A stretch of DNA of 63,613 nucleotides, counting the filler, from Octopus bimaculoides (lineage: Eukaryota): the NCBI RefSeq assembly GCF_001194135.2. It is 6 parts of 6 records of this genome, joined end to end, with 100 filler letters (N's around TTAATTAATTAA, not from the genome) between each part and the next. Parts side by side here need not be neighbours in the genome. Positions count along the whole stretch, not along the records: positions 36,555 to 56,532 come from NC_068987.1; 5 more parts are not named here. One strand, written 5' to 3'. A program made the position numbers and the translations under genes. Below the pieces are notes generated by a model that ran no database searches, was not told the origin of the DNA, and worked only from the letters and a program-made list of their open reading frames with translations. This document shows positions 38,872 to 50,964 of the stretch, piece by piece (within the stretch, counting starts at the first letter, position 1; each line of letters opens with the position of its first letter).

Positions 38872-39070
38872 AGGCGGTGAGCTGGCAGAATGGTTAGCAC
38901 GCCGAGTGAAATGCGTAGCCGTATTTCGTCCGTCTTTGCGTTCTTAGTTTGAATTCCGCCGCGGTCGACTTTGCCTTTCATCTTTTCGGGGTCGATGAAA
39001 TAAGTACCTGTTACGCACTGGAATCGATGTAATCGACTTACCCCCTCCCCCGGGACTTGCTAGCCTTGCT
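38872..39070 (+). mobile_element. SINE family A in ETS intron
   Basis: GGCGGTGAGCTGGCAGAATGGTTAGCACGCCG...GGTCGACTTTGCCTTTCATC...GGGGTCGATGAAATAAGTACC. Confidence 0.88.
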
Positions 39071-39769
39071 ATCTACTAAACTATGTATGTAAACACTCAC
39101 CTACTTCTTATTAGTAATTGGCATAGAAAAATCGCAAACAATTGCGGTCGTGAAGGAGCGCCAGTCTTTCATGTACACGGTGTTACATATCACATGCTGA
39201 GCATGGTTTCAAAAATATGTCGATTTTAATCGTTAAAAAGAAAATTTCCTTGCTGTCAGCGAAGACAGAAGTCACGTGCTTTTCCTCTTCACAAGCTTGT
39301 TAATTAATTCTACATTTAACAGTAAATTCCCGTCAGCCAACGAAACGGCTGACCTTCTATATGGTCGTGCAAAGTCTATTAAAATAACAACCGAATTTCC
39401 TGCAACTGCTAAACCCTACCAGGATGGACGCAAGTCCGTGGTAGAATATGTCGAGTAAAAAGAGACAGGGTGGTCACAGTTGGAATTTCTCTGATCGTAT
39501 ATCTTGAAATTAACGACTTGTGCCCGTCTTTTTATTAGGTATAGCAACGTTTAGTAATTGAGGGAAATTTGGTTGCTATTTCTTAATAGATGTTGAGCGA
39601 CTATATTGAGGGTTAGCTAGTAGGATAGAAGTGTTTACCATTTGACCAACTGCTCTGATTTACCTTGCAATGTCGGTCGGGGGCATCTTATAACCCAAAA
39701 GGAAGACTAGTGCCCATGATCCTGTACAAGGTCTCTGGGACAGGTGGGAGAAAAAGCAGGAGAGAGCTA

Positions 39770-39934
39770 TCGTTAAACAGAAAATCTTGCCCCAAATGTT
39801 TACAATGCAGTAGACTCTGCTAAAGATACACCTCAGGACATAAATACACCAACACCGGTTGTCAAGTAGATAGTGGGGACAAACATAGACACAAAGACAC
39901 ACACACATAGATATAGTTTCATATACATGATATA

Positions 39935-40006
<72 letters not shown>

Positions 40007-40165
40007 GACAAGCTTCTTTCAGTTTCCGTCTACTAAATATACTCACAAGGCTTTGGTCGGCCCGGGCCTATAGTAGAATGCATTTGCCCAAGGGTGTCAC
40101 GCAGTGGGACTGATCCCAGGATCATGTGGTTGGGAAGCAACCTTTCTTACCACACACCCACGCTT
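39770..40165 (-). mobile_element. SINE family B in ETS intron with expanded (TA)n
   Basis: Reverse complement head GTGTGGTAAGAAAGGTTGCTTCCCAACCACATG...CAGTCCCACTGCGTG. Confidence 0.8.
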
Positions 40166-40310
40166 CTTCATTATCGTTTATATATACTTCATTCATTTAA
40201 CCTGCAAATGTATAAGGAATACTTATTTAAATTTCATATTCAGTTAATTTATTAAACACCGTCATAAACCATTGTTAACGTTTACTTCCTTTTTTTTTTT
40301 TTTCGTATAG

Positions 40311-40413
40311 GCATTACTATCGCCGTGGAATCTTGGAGAGAGTAGAAGGCAGGCGCTTGGTATATAAATTCTCAAGAAACGCAATAGAAAAATTAAAATT
40401 ACGCTCAAAATAG
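40311..40413 (+). CDS. ETS domain terminal exon to TAG
   Basis: ttttttcgtatag|G acceptor (phase 2) completes Arg. HYYRRGILERVEGRRLVYKFSRNAIEKLKLRSK*. ILE.V.GRRLVYKF is ESE/ELF-like. Confidence 0.95.
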
Positions 40414-40629
40414 TTCCACATTGGAAACATTCGTCAAAACATTGTACAGCAATTTTCTTAAAATTAGTTTATCCTTTAAACTATAGATTGATTATTGCTG
40501 CTGACAAAAATGAAAATCTACAACATTGCGCAAATTTCAATTCATTTTCATAATTCAGCACTTAGTGTCTTCCATATATAATAACGCAACTCTTTACTGA
40601 GGAGATTGTAATACAAATATAAAATTTTA

Positions 40630-40635
40630 AATAAA
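40630..40635 (+). terminator. Possible polyadenylation signal of the ETS gene
   Basis: AATAAA about 220 nt after the stop codon. The region is AT-rich, so a chance match is plausible. Confidence 0.25.
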
Positions 40636-41321
40636 CCATTTACAATATTATTCAAACTTCAATTAATTTTCAGTCATTTATGTCTTCCATATACAATGCA
40701 ATCCTTTGTCAAAAGGAGTGAAAAATATGCAAAATTTAAAATAATATTAATAATAAGCATTAAAAAAAACTGAAACTATCATTAATTTCCCAAGGGACTT
40801 GAAATTACGTTTGAATGTATGAGTATTGTCCATGCGTGAATACATGAAACCATAGATGGTTGAATGGATATATAAACTAAATAAAATAGTATTCAATATT
40901 TAATATTTTCATAAAACTGATTAATAAAAAAGTTAAGAAAAGAGAACTACGTCAACATTACAAAACCAGAAATGGAATTGTGACGAAAGGATATTGACAA
41001 ACCTATCTGATTGACTGGCCGAACGATTAATAAAAAAAATCGATTAATTAACTGGTAAAATGGTTAACCAATTAAACAAAAAATAATAAAGAAGTGAAAT
41101 AAAACCAGTGTGTGTGCTTATTATTGGCATAATGACCCTCCCGAGGTACAACACAATTTGTCTCAACACACAAATTCACAAACTAAATACAAAAAACGAA
41201 AGGTTCATTATCGTTTTTAATAAAAAAAAACATTTTTCATCATTTGCATTTTTGTTTATTTTTCCTCATTTTTTTTTTTTTAATTTCATTTTCCATGGCA
41301 ATAATTCTGCCAAAATTTTAA

Positions 41322-41525
41322 GGCGGTGAGCTGACAGGATCGTTATCGCATCGGAAAAAAATGCTTAGTAGTATTTCTTCCGACTTTGCAATCTGAGTTC
41401 AAATCCCGCAGGGTCTACTTCGCCTTTCATCCTTTCGGGGTCGATAAAAATAAGTACGGGTTGACCACTGGGGTCGATCTAATCAATTTAGCCCATTCCT
41501 CTAAATTAGTATCCTTGTACCAAGA
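41322..41525 (+). mobile_element. SINE family A
   Basis: GGCGGTGAGCTGACAGGATCGTTA...CCTTTCGGGGTCGATAAAAATAAGTAC. Confidence 0.85.
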
Positions 41526-41934
41526 TTTTACCTTTCCTAATACAAACACGAAGATATGACTGGGTCACCGAGTAAGTTACTCCCCATTCACACCTAAACC
41601 TCCTCCAATCGCATTCTACTGCAGAGGTTTCCTAAACTTACCTCATTAGCGATACAACACACTTTTTAAAGATAAGTTGTTCTTTTTCGTGACACCTTAA
41701 TTTTGTTAGCAATTCAGTATCCTATTGTCAGGCGCCATACCGTATCTAATTGCTCACATATCTATCAGGTCTTATATACTTTACAACTAAAATGTGGTTA
41801 AAATTTATCAGAATTGACTCAGTTTCGTGACGAACATAGAGATCATTGGTGACACACCAAAGTGACGTGACATATAATTTGGAAACTAGTGTCTTAAAAT
41901 AAAAATGAACATTTAACCTTCTGGCCCAAGAAAT

Positions 41935-42265
41935 TTCTGGTGCTCCATCGGATACGATGACAAGGGTTCTAGTTGATCCGATTAATGGAACAGCCTACTC
42001 GTAAAATTAACATGCAAGTGGCTGAGCACTCCTCAGACATGTGTACTTTTAACGTAGTTCTCAAGGAGATTCAGCATAACATTGAGTGTGACAAGACTGG
42101 CCCTTTGAATTACAGGTACAACTCATTTTTATCAGGTGAGTGGATTGGAACAACGTGAAATAAAGTAACCTGCTCGAGGACACAAGCACCACCAGTAATC
42201 GAACTCATAACCTAACGACTGTGAGCCGACTACCATGGCCACTAAGCCACGCGCCTTCACAAGTT
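41935..42265 (-). mobile_element. SINE family C variant with a different 3' tail
   Basis: Same head and core as 53150 in reverse complement (GGCGCGTGGCTTAGTGG...TTCGATT...TTTATTTCACGTTGTTCCAATCCACTCA), but an unrelated tail. Confidence 0.7.
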
Positions 42266-42556
42266 CAAGAAATATTAAAAGATGCGGTGATCATGACTGG
42301 GAGGCATTGTTCAAATGAACGCAGGTTCGATTTGGATTGATTTGGACTAAACAACAAGCAATAATACATGGGGTATTTTCAGGGTAGATAAAATAAATAC
42401 CATGCTGGGGCACCGCCTTGAAGGATTTAGTCGCTGAAATCATTGCAGGTACTTCTTTTTCTTTTTTTTTTATGTTCGGTACTCATTGTATCAGTATTTT
42501 TTACTGAATTGCTAGGTTATGGAGTACGTAAACAAGCCAACTCCTGTTGTCAAGCG

Positions 42557-43389
42557 GTAGAGCTTTAGGATCTTCATTCATAACTTCTGATATAACTGCT
42601 TCTGCTGCAGGAACAATAATCTTTTCATCCACCGTATGTGCACTACCTGCTTTTGCAATAATTTCTGAAATTTTGTAGGAAGCAATCAGTCCACCGTCAG
42701 TAATTTTTGTCTGTTTCTTAAATAATGATTTAACAGTACTCCGATTTTCAAAATCAGTTTTCAATCCCTCAAAATATTTAATAGGTTTACCGACGTTTTC
42801 AGGGTGTTTTCTTTTCATGTGGTCAGAGAGTCGAGAAGGTTTCATGGCTTTATTGGACAAAGATTGATGACACATCATACAAAAGGGCTGCTTTGGGCCG
42901 GTAGATTTCTTGATAAAACTATATCGTAAGTACTCATCGATATACTGTCGACACTTCGTTTTCACCGAGCCTGCCATAAAAAGTGGGTGAGAACGAATGC
43001 AAATTAGTAAACACCAAACTGGCTATTATATATACGTCCGACGGTTAAGACAGATAACTTCAAATTCAGGCGAGCACCGTGCATTCAATGTATCACGCAG
43101 CCCGGCGGCCAGTGTCATAGTAACAAAGGTTAGAAATTCAGTGATGAATGAATCATTATAAATCGTTGAACTAAATCGGTGAAGATAACGCACTTATTGA
43201 GGCGCATAGTTACTGGATTTGAATTAAGAAACAGAGCTGGTTTTACGACTTGACCGCAGTTACTGAGAAGAGCCCTTGTTATCATGATGCACTGGATGCG
43301 TGATTGCCTGTTGTGAATACAGTTGCTGATCGAAGACTGCATTCATCACCCAGCAAAATTTGATTTTCGCCCCCGGTTGAGAACCACTG
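42557..43389 (-). mobile_element. hAT-Buster transposon 5' fragment (TIR plus transposase N-terminus with BED finger)
   Basis: MAGSVKTKCRQYIDEYLRYSFI...PFCMMCHQSLSNKAMKPSRLSDHMKRKHP...ASYKISEIIAKAGSAHTVDEKII.PA is a Buster/ZBED5-like pattern. TIR CAGTGGTTCTCAACC is preceded by CTTTAGAG (nnnTAnnn). Cut at about 42557 by a degenerate family B SINE. Confidence 0.92.
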
Positions 43390-43853
43390 CTCTAAAGCAT
43401 AGAGCAGTAATGTATTTATAAATAGTTAAGTCTATATCCGGACTTAGAGCGACCAATGGTTTCACATCCACAAATGCCTCAGCCCTGTGAACGTCTCGTC
43501 ACCGGGCTAAGCATTTGTCACTCTATGACCGGAAATAGAGTTAACTACTTATAAATGTGTGTGTGTGTGTGTGTCAGAACATATACCCATTTGTGCATAT
43601 TCGTGGTGCAGACACATACAGACAATAGAGGTGAACAGCACTTGTATTCTTCACACGGACGCCTATTTATAGAATATGTAGTGAATACTGCCTCTGACAT
43701 TAACGCCATGGCTATCGAGTTTGTCCACTGACATAAACGAAGACAACAATACCTGATCAAGGTCTTTGGCGATTTTCGTCTCAAAGTCTTATACCTGGGT
43801 GAGGAGTAGGAGGAGGAGGAGGGAAAGAAGAAGAAGAAGAAGAAGAAGAAGAA

Positions 43854-43917
<64 letters not shown>

Positions 43918-45020
43918 GAGGAGGAGGAGGAGGAGGAGGANNNNNNNNNNNNNNNNNNNNNNNNNNNNNNNNNNNNNNNNNNNNNNNNNNNNNNNNNNNN
44001 NNNNNNNNNNNNNNNNNNNNNNNNNNNNNNNNNNNNNNNNNNNNNNNNNNNNNNNNNNNNNNNNNNNNNNNNNNNNNNNNNNNNNNNNNNNNNNNNNNNN
44101 NNNNNNNNNNNNNNNNNNNNNNNNNNNNNNNNNNNNNNNNNNNNNNNNNNNNNNNNNNNNNNNNNNNNNNNNNNNNNNNNNNNNNNNNNNNNNNNNNNNN
44201 NNNNNNNNNNNNNNNNNNNNNNNNNNNNNNNNNNNNNNNNNNNNNNNNNNNNNNNNNNNNNNNNNNNNNNNNNNNNNNNNNNNNNNNNNNNNNNNNNNNN
44301 NNNNNNNNNNNNNNNNNNNNNNNNNNNNNNNNNNNNNNNNNNNNNNNNNNNNNNNNNNNNNNNNNNNNNNNNNNNNNNNNNNNNNNNNNNNNNNNNNNNN
44401 NNNNNNNNNNNNNNNNNNNNNNNNNNNNNNNNNNNNNNNNNNNNNNNNNNNNNNNNNNNNNNNNNNNNNNNNNNNNNNNNNNNNNNNNNNNNNNNNNNNN
44501 NNNNNNNNNNNNNNNNNNNNNNNNNNNNNNNNNNNNNNNNNNNNNNNNNNNNNNNNNNNNNNNNNNNNNNNNNNNNNNNNNNNNNNNNNNNNNNNNNNNN
44601 NNNNNNNNNNNNNNNNNNNNNNNNNNNNNNNNNNNNNNNNNNNNNNNNNNNNNNNNNNNNNNNNNNNNNNNNNNNNNNNNNNNNNNNNNNNNNNNNNNNN
44701 NNGTGTGTTAACATCCCCGTAATTTAGCGGTTCGGCAAAAGACAACGACAGAATAAGTACTAGGCTTACAAAGAATAAGTCCTGGGGTCGATTTGCTCGA
44801 CTAAAGGCGGTGCTCCAGCATGGCCGCAGTCAAATGACTGAAACAAGTAAAAGAGTATATATATATATATATATACTCTTATATGTATACCATTCTGCCT
44901 AAATAATGGAAGTGAAGATACAACATCCCTAAATATCTCACGCCTATTTTCATTTCTCTACTTCACTCTCTATTTCATATCTTATCTAGAATAACTATTG
45001 CTTAACCATTTTCTCACACC

Positions 45021-45068
45021 GTCTCCGATGAAGGGGTATACAAAATATCCAGGAAACAGCTGTAAGAC
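45021..45068 (+). ncRNA. Minimal type I hammerhead-ribozyme-like motif (variant core)
   Basis: GTCT-CCGATGA-agGGGTATacaaaATATCCag-GAAAC-AGCT-GTA-AGAC. Stem I is GTCT/AGAC, stem III is palindromic, with a GUA triplet. U4 is C. Confidence 0.5.
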
Positions 45069-46984
45069 CTATTTATGAATGTTCTAAAATCTTTCACAGC
45101 CTTGGATTTTTATCGCATTCTGTTTTTTTTTTAATATACACATGCTGATATATGACCTGCGTTGGACTCCTCATTCGCATAACCACCGAGTCCGGAGCTT
45201 AACTATAGTCTATCCATAGCACTTACTCAGCATTACCTGACACCTTTGGGTCTTCTTGACACCATTACCTCTCATAACCTCAAATTCTATATATATATAT
45301 ATNNNNNNNNNNNNNNNNNNNNNNNNNNNNNNNNNNNNNNNNNNNNAAAGAAAAAAGAAAAAATAATAATAAGGCAGAATGCTAAACTGAAAGCATATAG
45401 ATGTGTATAAGGAAGATTACAAAGGATTTCTAACCGGCTTTCATTGCATGGCAAATTTTCAAGAAGAGAGAAAATGAAAATAATGTTTTTTACCAAAAAT
45501 TAATAAATATATTAAAAAAATAAATATACCAATACATTATATTGTCTTTGAGCTTTTAAAGTTCAATGGTAATCCATGTAGATAATTGTTAGAAAGATTG
45601 GGATGCATGTATTTTAGATTAGTGTTATGTTTAAAAAGGCTGAATGTTTATGTGTCAAACAGGAAATGTGGATAAGGGGAGACAATTCTGTGGGTTTTAT
45701 ACTCTTTAGTTGGAGCTCTAGACTCTAGACAGGAAGTTTATGTCTGTTCTTAGAGAAACAAGAAGTAAATTTATATGTATTTCATTGGGTAGGCGAGAGA
45801 AGGGAATATGGTCATCGAGGAATTTGTATGTTAAGAAGCGTTTGGAATTTCTCTATAAAGAGATTCTCCTCGTTGATTCTTTCTTGTGTAGAGATTCCTA
45901 TATATATAAAAAAGATAAAAGATATAATGCATACATAGTATCTAATATATTATATAAATATGGTATATAATATTTACAATGTATATATTATATAATATAT
46001 AAAATACGTAAGCTTCATATGATGTACGTACATCATATGTTTATATATATAAACACATGCGTATATATACATACCTACAGACAGACATACAGTATTTAAA
46101 TAAGAGCTACTATTAGTTTCTTACTGTGGAAACACAGTAAACCGGCAGATTAATATATCATTCCTTGTGCCCTCAAGCAATTCTTCAGGCTCAAATACAC
46201 AACATCGCTGGTTTATAAAAGGGAGAAAAGGCACTGGCCTATGAGAAAACATGAGAAAGGCCGAGAAGAAGGTGAAGGCAAAAACTGGAGTGAGAGAATG
46301 CGGAACGAAAAAAAAAGGTGGAATGGTAAAAAGGAAAAGAACGGGGAAAAAGAAAACATGAAAAACAAGAGCTGCGTACCCTTCGTCTGACAGATTCAGG
46401 ATTAAAATGGAAGGTCTTCGAAAAAGAAGTAACGTAGCAAGTGTAAAATGATTCAACGGTTAGAAGGCCAAAGTCTGTGAGATTGTAGGCTTAGTCTGGG
46501 GAGGGTAGTGTCCTCCAATCTAACAAAAACAATTTGTCTATATGCTTACGTTTTCTAAAGGTTTCAGATCTGCAATTAAGCAGCGCCGTGGGGCTCTTGG
46601 ATTTATGTTGTGGATCTGTAATATTTAACGTAAGTTATATTGCTATTAAAGTTAAATAGGGCATTTATTAGAACAGCTGTGTTGATAAGTTTTCTTATTT
46701 ACTGTGCTACGTAACAATCGTCTTAAGTTTTTTTTTTGTTTTTGTTTTTGTTTTTTTTAATGATCTTACGATAACATATATATATTTAGGAAATTTTTAA
46801 TCACGCAATATTCCTGATCACGCTATCTAATTTCCTCATCTTTTTTCGGTTAATTTGATACTTATACCTGTCAAATATGGCTTGTACTCTCTACCAATGT
46901 TTTGCTTTGCAGTACTATCAGCCGTCACTTAGAAGCGAGTAGAGCTTAGTAATATGAACGCTTTAATTGCCTAAGTAGTTGCAA

Positions 46985-47190
46985 GCAGACACGCTTTCAG
47001 CCTTTGCACCTTTGACCCAACGGCATGAGGGAGCTGGCGGCACCAACACACAGGTAGCTCTCAATAACAGCTGAATAGACGGGAGCAATTTAAAATGAAT
47101 TTCATTGCTCAAGGGTACATCGCGCCGCTCGGTCTCGATATTGAACGCACGACCTTGTGATCGTGAAGCGAACACTCTAACCACCTAGTC
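46985..47190 (-). mobile_element. SINE family C variant (third tail type)
   Basis: Reverse complement GTGGTTAGAGTGTTCGCTTCACGATCAC...GTTCAAT...CCTTGAGCAATGAA...TTGCTCCCGTCTATTCAGCTG. Confidence 0.65.
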
Positions 47191-47870
47191 TTGATATCGT
47201 TTTATTATTGTTCGATTTGAATTTGTCTCTGGTCACTGAATATTGATTTTAATTGATCAACATTGAGTGGACCATAAACTATGTATCTAAAACATTATTT
47301 GCCACTACTGAGGAAAATATTTGTGCATTATTGATTAATACGATAAAATTATATTTAAACGCAATAAATTTCAAAGTTCGTATCCGTGTATGTGTGTCGG
47401 AAAGTGGGGGAGGAAGAGAGGGAGTGACAATGGGGAGAAGAGGGAGACAGAGAGTGAGAAAGCGAGGGAGAAATAGGAAGTAAAAAAGGTTTTCAGGCTT
47501 TGTTTTGTTTCGTTTCTCATTGGGTTTTTTTTATGAAAGCGACTTGGTTAAGTCGTTAGCTCAGCGTTCCCAAACGTTTTATTCATGAAATATGTTCCAT
47601 GTCTCAAGGAAGCTTTGCATAAAAATTATTTCATATCTTCACTTTTAACTTGTTTCAGTTTTTGGACTGCGGCCATACTGGAGCACCGCATTGGAGAGAT
47701 TAGTCGAACAAGTCGACACCAGTTCTTATTTTTAAGTCTGATAGTTATTCTATTAATCACTTTTTGCTGAACCGCTATGTTACGAAGACGTAAACGAAGC
47801 AAGCGAGGTGGGGAACACAAACACACACACAAATATATATATATATGTATATGTATATTATAAATGTATA

Positions 47871-47943
<73 letters not shown>

Positions 47944-48245
47944 TCATAAGAATGGTACAACAAGGTACCGATATTTGCTGGAGAATAGCAATCGATATAA
48001 AAACGACGCTATTGTATAGCTTCACTGCGTATATACTGGCAAAAATGCGTGTGTGCAACAAAACATGAAAAACTTGTCTTACCTTAGGAAGAACATCCGA
48101 AAATGAACAACCCAGATTAAGGATAATGCAATACCTAGGTTTCAGACTTTTCAAATACGTTTCACAACGTATATCTGATCAGTCTTCATCAGCTGCATTT
48201 ACCTAGACAACATTTCAAATGTTATATATATGTTATGTATGTATA

Positions 48246-48284
<39 letters not shown>

Positions 48285-49249
48285 AGTAAATTTTAAAAAA
48301 CACAGAGAAAAGAAAAAGAGAATACAAAGGAAAGTGTAGGCGTAGCACAAGCAATGTTTTAATAAGACGCTTAGAGAAAGAAAAATGTAGTAGTTTTACG
48401 TTTCGAGCATAGCTTTTCTTCGGAAATAGGGAAAACAGGGAAGCCCAAGACGAAGGAGGAGAATAAATCGCCAATAATCATGTGCGGTTACATTTTTGAA
48501 GCAATACACACACATACACACACACACATACACATACACACACATACACACACACTCACTCACTCACTCACATACACACACATAAGACGGGTTCTTTCAG
48601 ATTCCGTCTACCAGATTCATTCGCAAGGCTTTGATCGACCCGGGGCTATAATGGACATTTTCTCAAGATGTCACGCAATAGGACTGAATCCAACGCCATA
48701 GGGTCGGGAAGGTAGATCGAATCATACGGCATTATGTACTTGTTCGTGTGATGCTCAAAATGTTTAATTCTTACCTGTACTCACCTGATGAAACAGTCTT
48801 TTTTGCAAGATGTTACACTTCTGTTTATCAATTAAAAAACACTTCTGAAACGGTTGCAGTGAACTACAATGCATCTTATGCTATATGTCTAAACTTCATC
48901 TAACTCGAAACCTGCAATTCGTTTGGATCTAGAGTCAATAGACGATAGTACAATAGGTGCAGTGAGTGTACCCATGTGTGACATCGCTGATTCGTTATGT
49001 ACTCAGTTGGCCATTTGTGAATGTATACATAACCAGAGTACAAATCCGGGTTTACTACGAATTTGTCTGAATATCGTTTTTATACGATAATATATATATA
49101 TATACTATAGTGAGTGAATGGAGATGTATTTTCTATTTTTCTTCTCTTTTTTTTTCAGTGTAACCGGCTTTGCCCAGAGCAGCGACTATAATAAATGGTG
49201 TTATGTAATAACATTTTTTATTGGCAGAAAGTTTAATGAATCAGTATGA

Positions 49250-49460
49250 GACACCCTAGATTTGATGACTACATATGGATGATTAGAATTACACCCAATG
49301 TAGTGTAAATTCTAGACGTGGTGTAGATTCTCTGGAGGTTTATGATAAGTTTGGCATAGACCTGGTCTTAGATCTAGTGATACATCTAGAAAAATCGAAT
49401 TTAATAAGTTTCTTTCTATATCTAACTCTACGCCGTTGCACTTAAATAAAGAGAACAGAG
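49250..49460 (-). mobile_element. Penelope-like RT C-terminal fragment
   Basis: LFKCNGVELDIERNLLNSIFLDVSLDLRPGLCQTYHKP...HYIGCNSNHPYVVIK carries the FLDV.L.L and SNHP..IK motifs. One internal stop. Confidence 0.75.
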
Positions 49461-49660
49461 TCTCTTCGGGATTTTCTATTACAGTGGGTATTAACAATAG
49501 AAGTGTAAATTTCCTTCATGTAGCGCTAGATCTTAACGCAGACCTGTATCAAACTTACTATAAACTGAATGGCAATCAACATGTTAGCCATAACTCTAAC
49601 CATCCAAATTCAGTCATCAAAATCTATACTCAGGGATGTCTCGTACGGAATCTCTAAACT
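49461..49660 (+). mobile_element. Penelope-like RT C-terminal fragment (second, inverted copy)
   Basis: [51 protein letters not shown] carries the same motifs. Confidence 0.75.
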
Positions 49661-49710
49661 ATCAAAGAGGGAGAGGGAGAGAGAAAGAAAGAAAGAAAGA
49701 TAGATAGATT

Positions 49711-49769
<59 letters not shown>

Positions 49770-50901
49770 GGATGGATGGATGGATGGATGGATGGATGGA
49801 TGGATGGATGGATGGATGGTTGGATGGATGGATGGATGGATGGATGGATATGGTAAATGAAAGACGGAAGATGGAAAATACGGGAATTTATTATTGATAA
49901 CGACAATTGTTTCGACACATCCAGCATCGATCCCTCACGGGTGGGACAGATGTTCCTCATCGGGTGATAAACTCGTTAAAATAACAGTTCCGCAATGTAT
50001 CTTCTCATTTTGTAGAAAGAAAAGCAGCAAAACGAAGAAAATATCGTCATTTCTATAGAAGATCAAAACTAAATCACAGCAAGAAAAGTATTTATATATA
50101 TATATATATATATGCCCGTTTTAGCAGCATTTGCCCCAGGGCAAATGAACGAACTGGGCCCTGTAGTATTTACTTATTGATAACAAACCACAACATACAT
50201 AGATTAGAATTGGGGCCCGAAACTCGTGAGAACAGAATGGTAACAGCCTATAGTGCTAATGTCTTAAGACAGTACTGTATATATATGTATACGTTAGCTG
50301 TATTAGATACTTTATGTGCGTGTGTGTGATAAAATGTAGTTTTCGTTTTTGTTTTGTTTTGTTTTGTTTTTCTAAACATACATAAATATTATGATTTCAT
50401 CACCTCCACCACTTCTAAATCTTCTCTTACCCCACTCTAAACCCCTCTCTTAAGCCTCCCTTACTATTTACAAATCGAACGTTATCGTTTCAAATAAACA
50501 CACAAAGCATAAACCGTGTTAGAAAACCAACCAATCAATTGCTATCTACGATATGAAATCGTTCAATGAAAAACGAGAATTTTTTTTACTTTATCTTTCT
50601 TTTCCACAGCTGAACTATACACATCCGGTTTTGTATGTTGTCTTTTTTCTTTTTTTTTTACTGCATTACCATACGTTTATTTAGTTGAACAAGATTTTTT
50701 ATTCATTTTTATTATTATCATTATTATCATTATTATTATTAATATTATTATTATTATTATTATTATTATTTTGCTTATCAACTCGCGACTGATTACATTA
50801 AACTGTCAGAAGACAGTTATCTATCAAAGCTTACATGAGCTGATAAGATTATGGTAAATCAATGGAATTATTGTCAATAGCAGCTAAAGATCTTTGCTGT
50901 C

Positions 50902-50932
<31 letters not shown>

Positions 50933-50964
50933 CTGGTTGTCTTTTATCTGTTGTTGCTGGTTGT

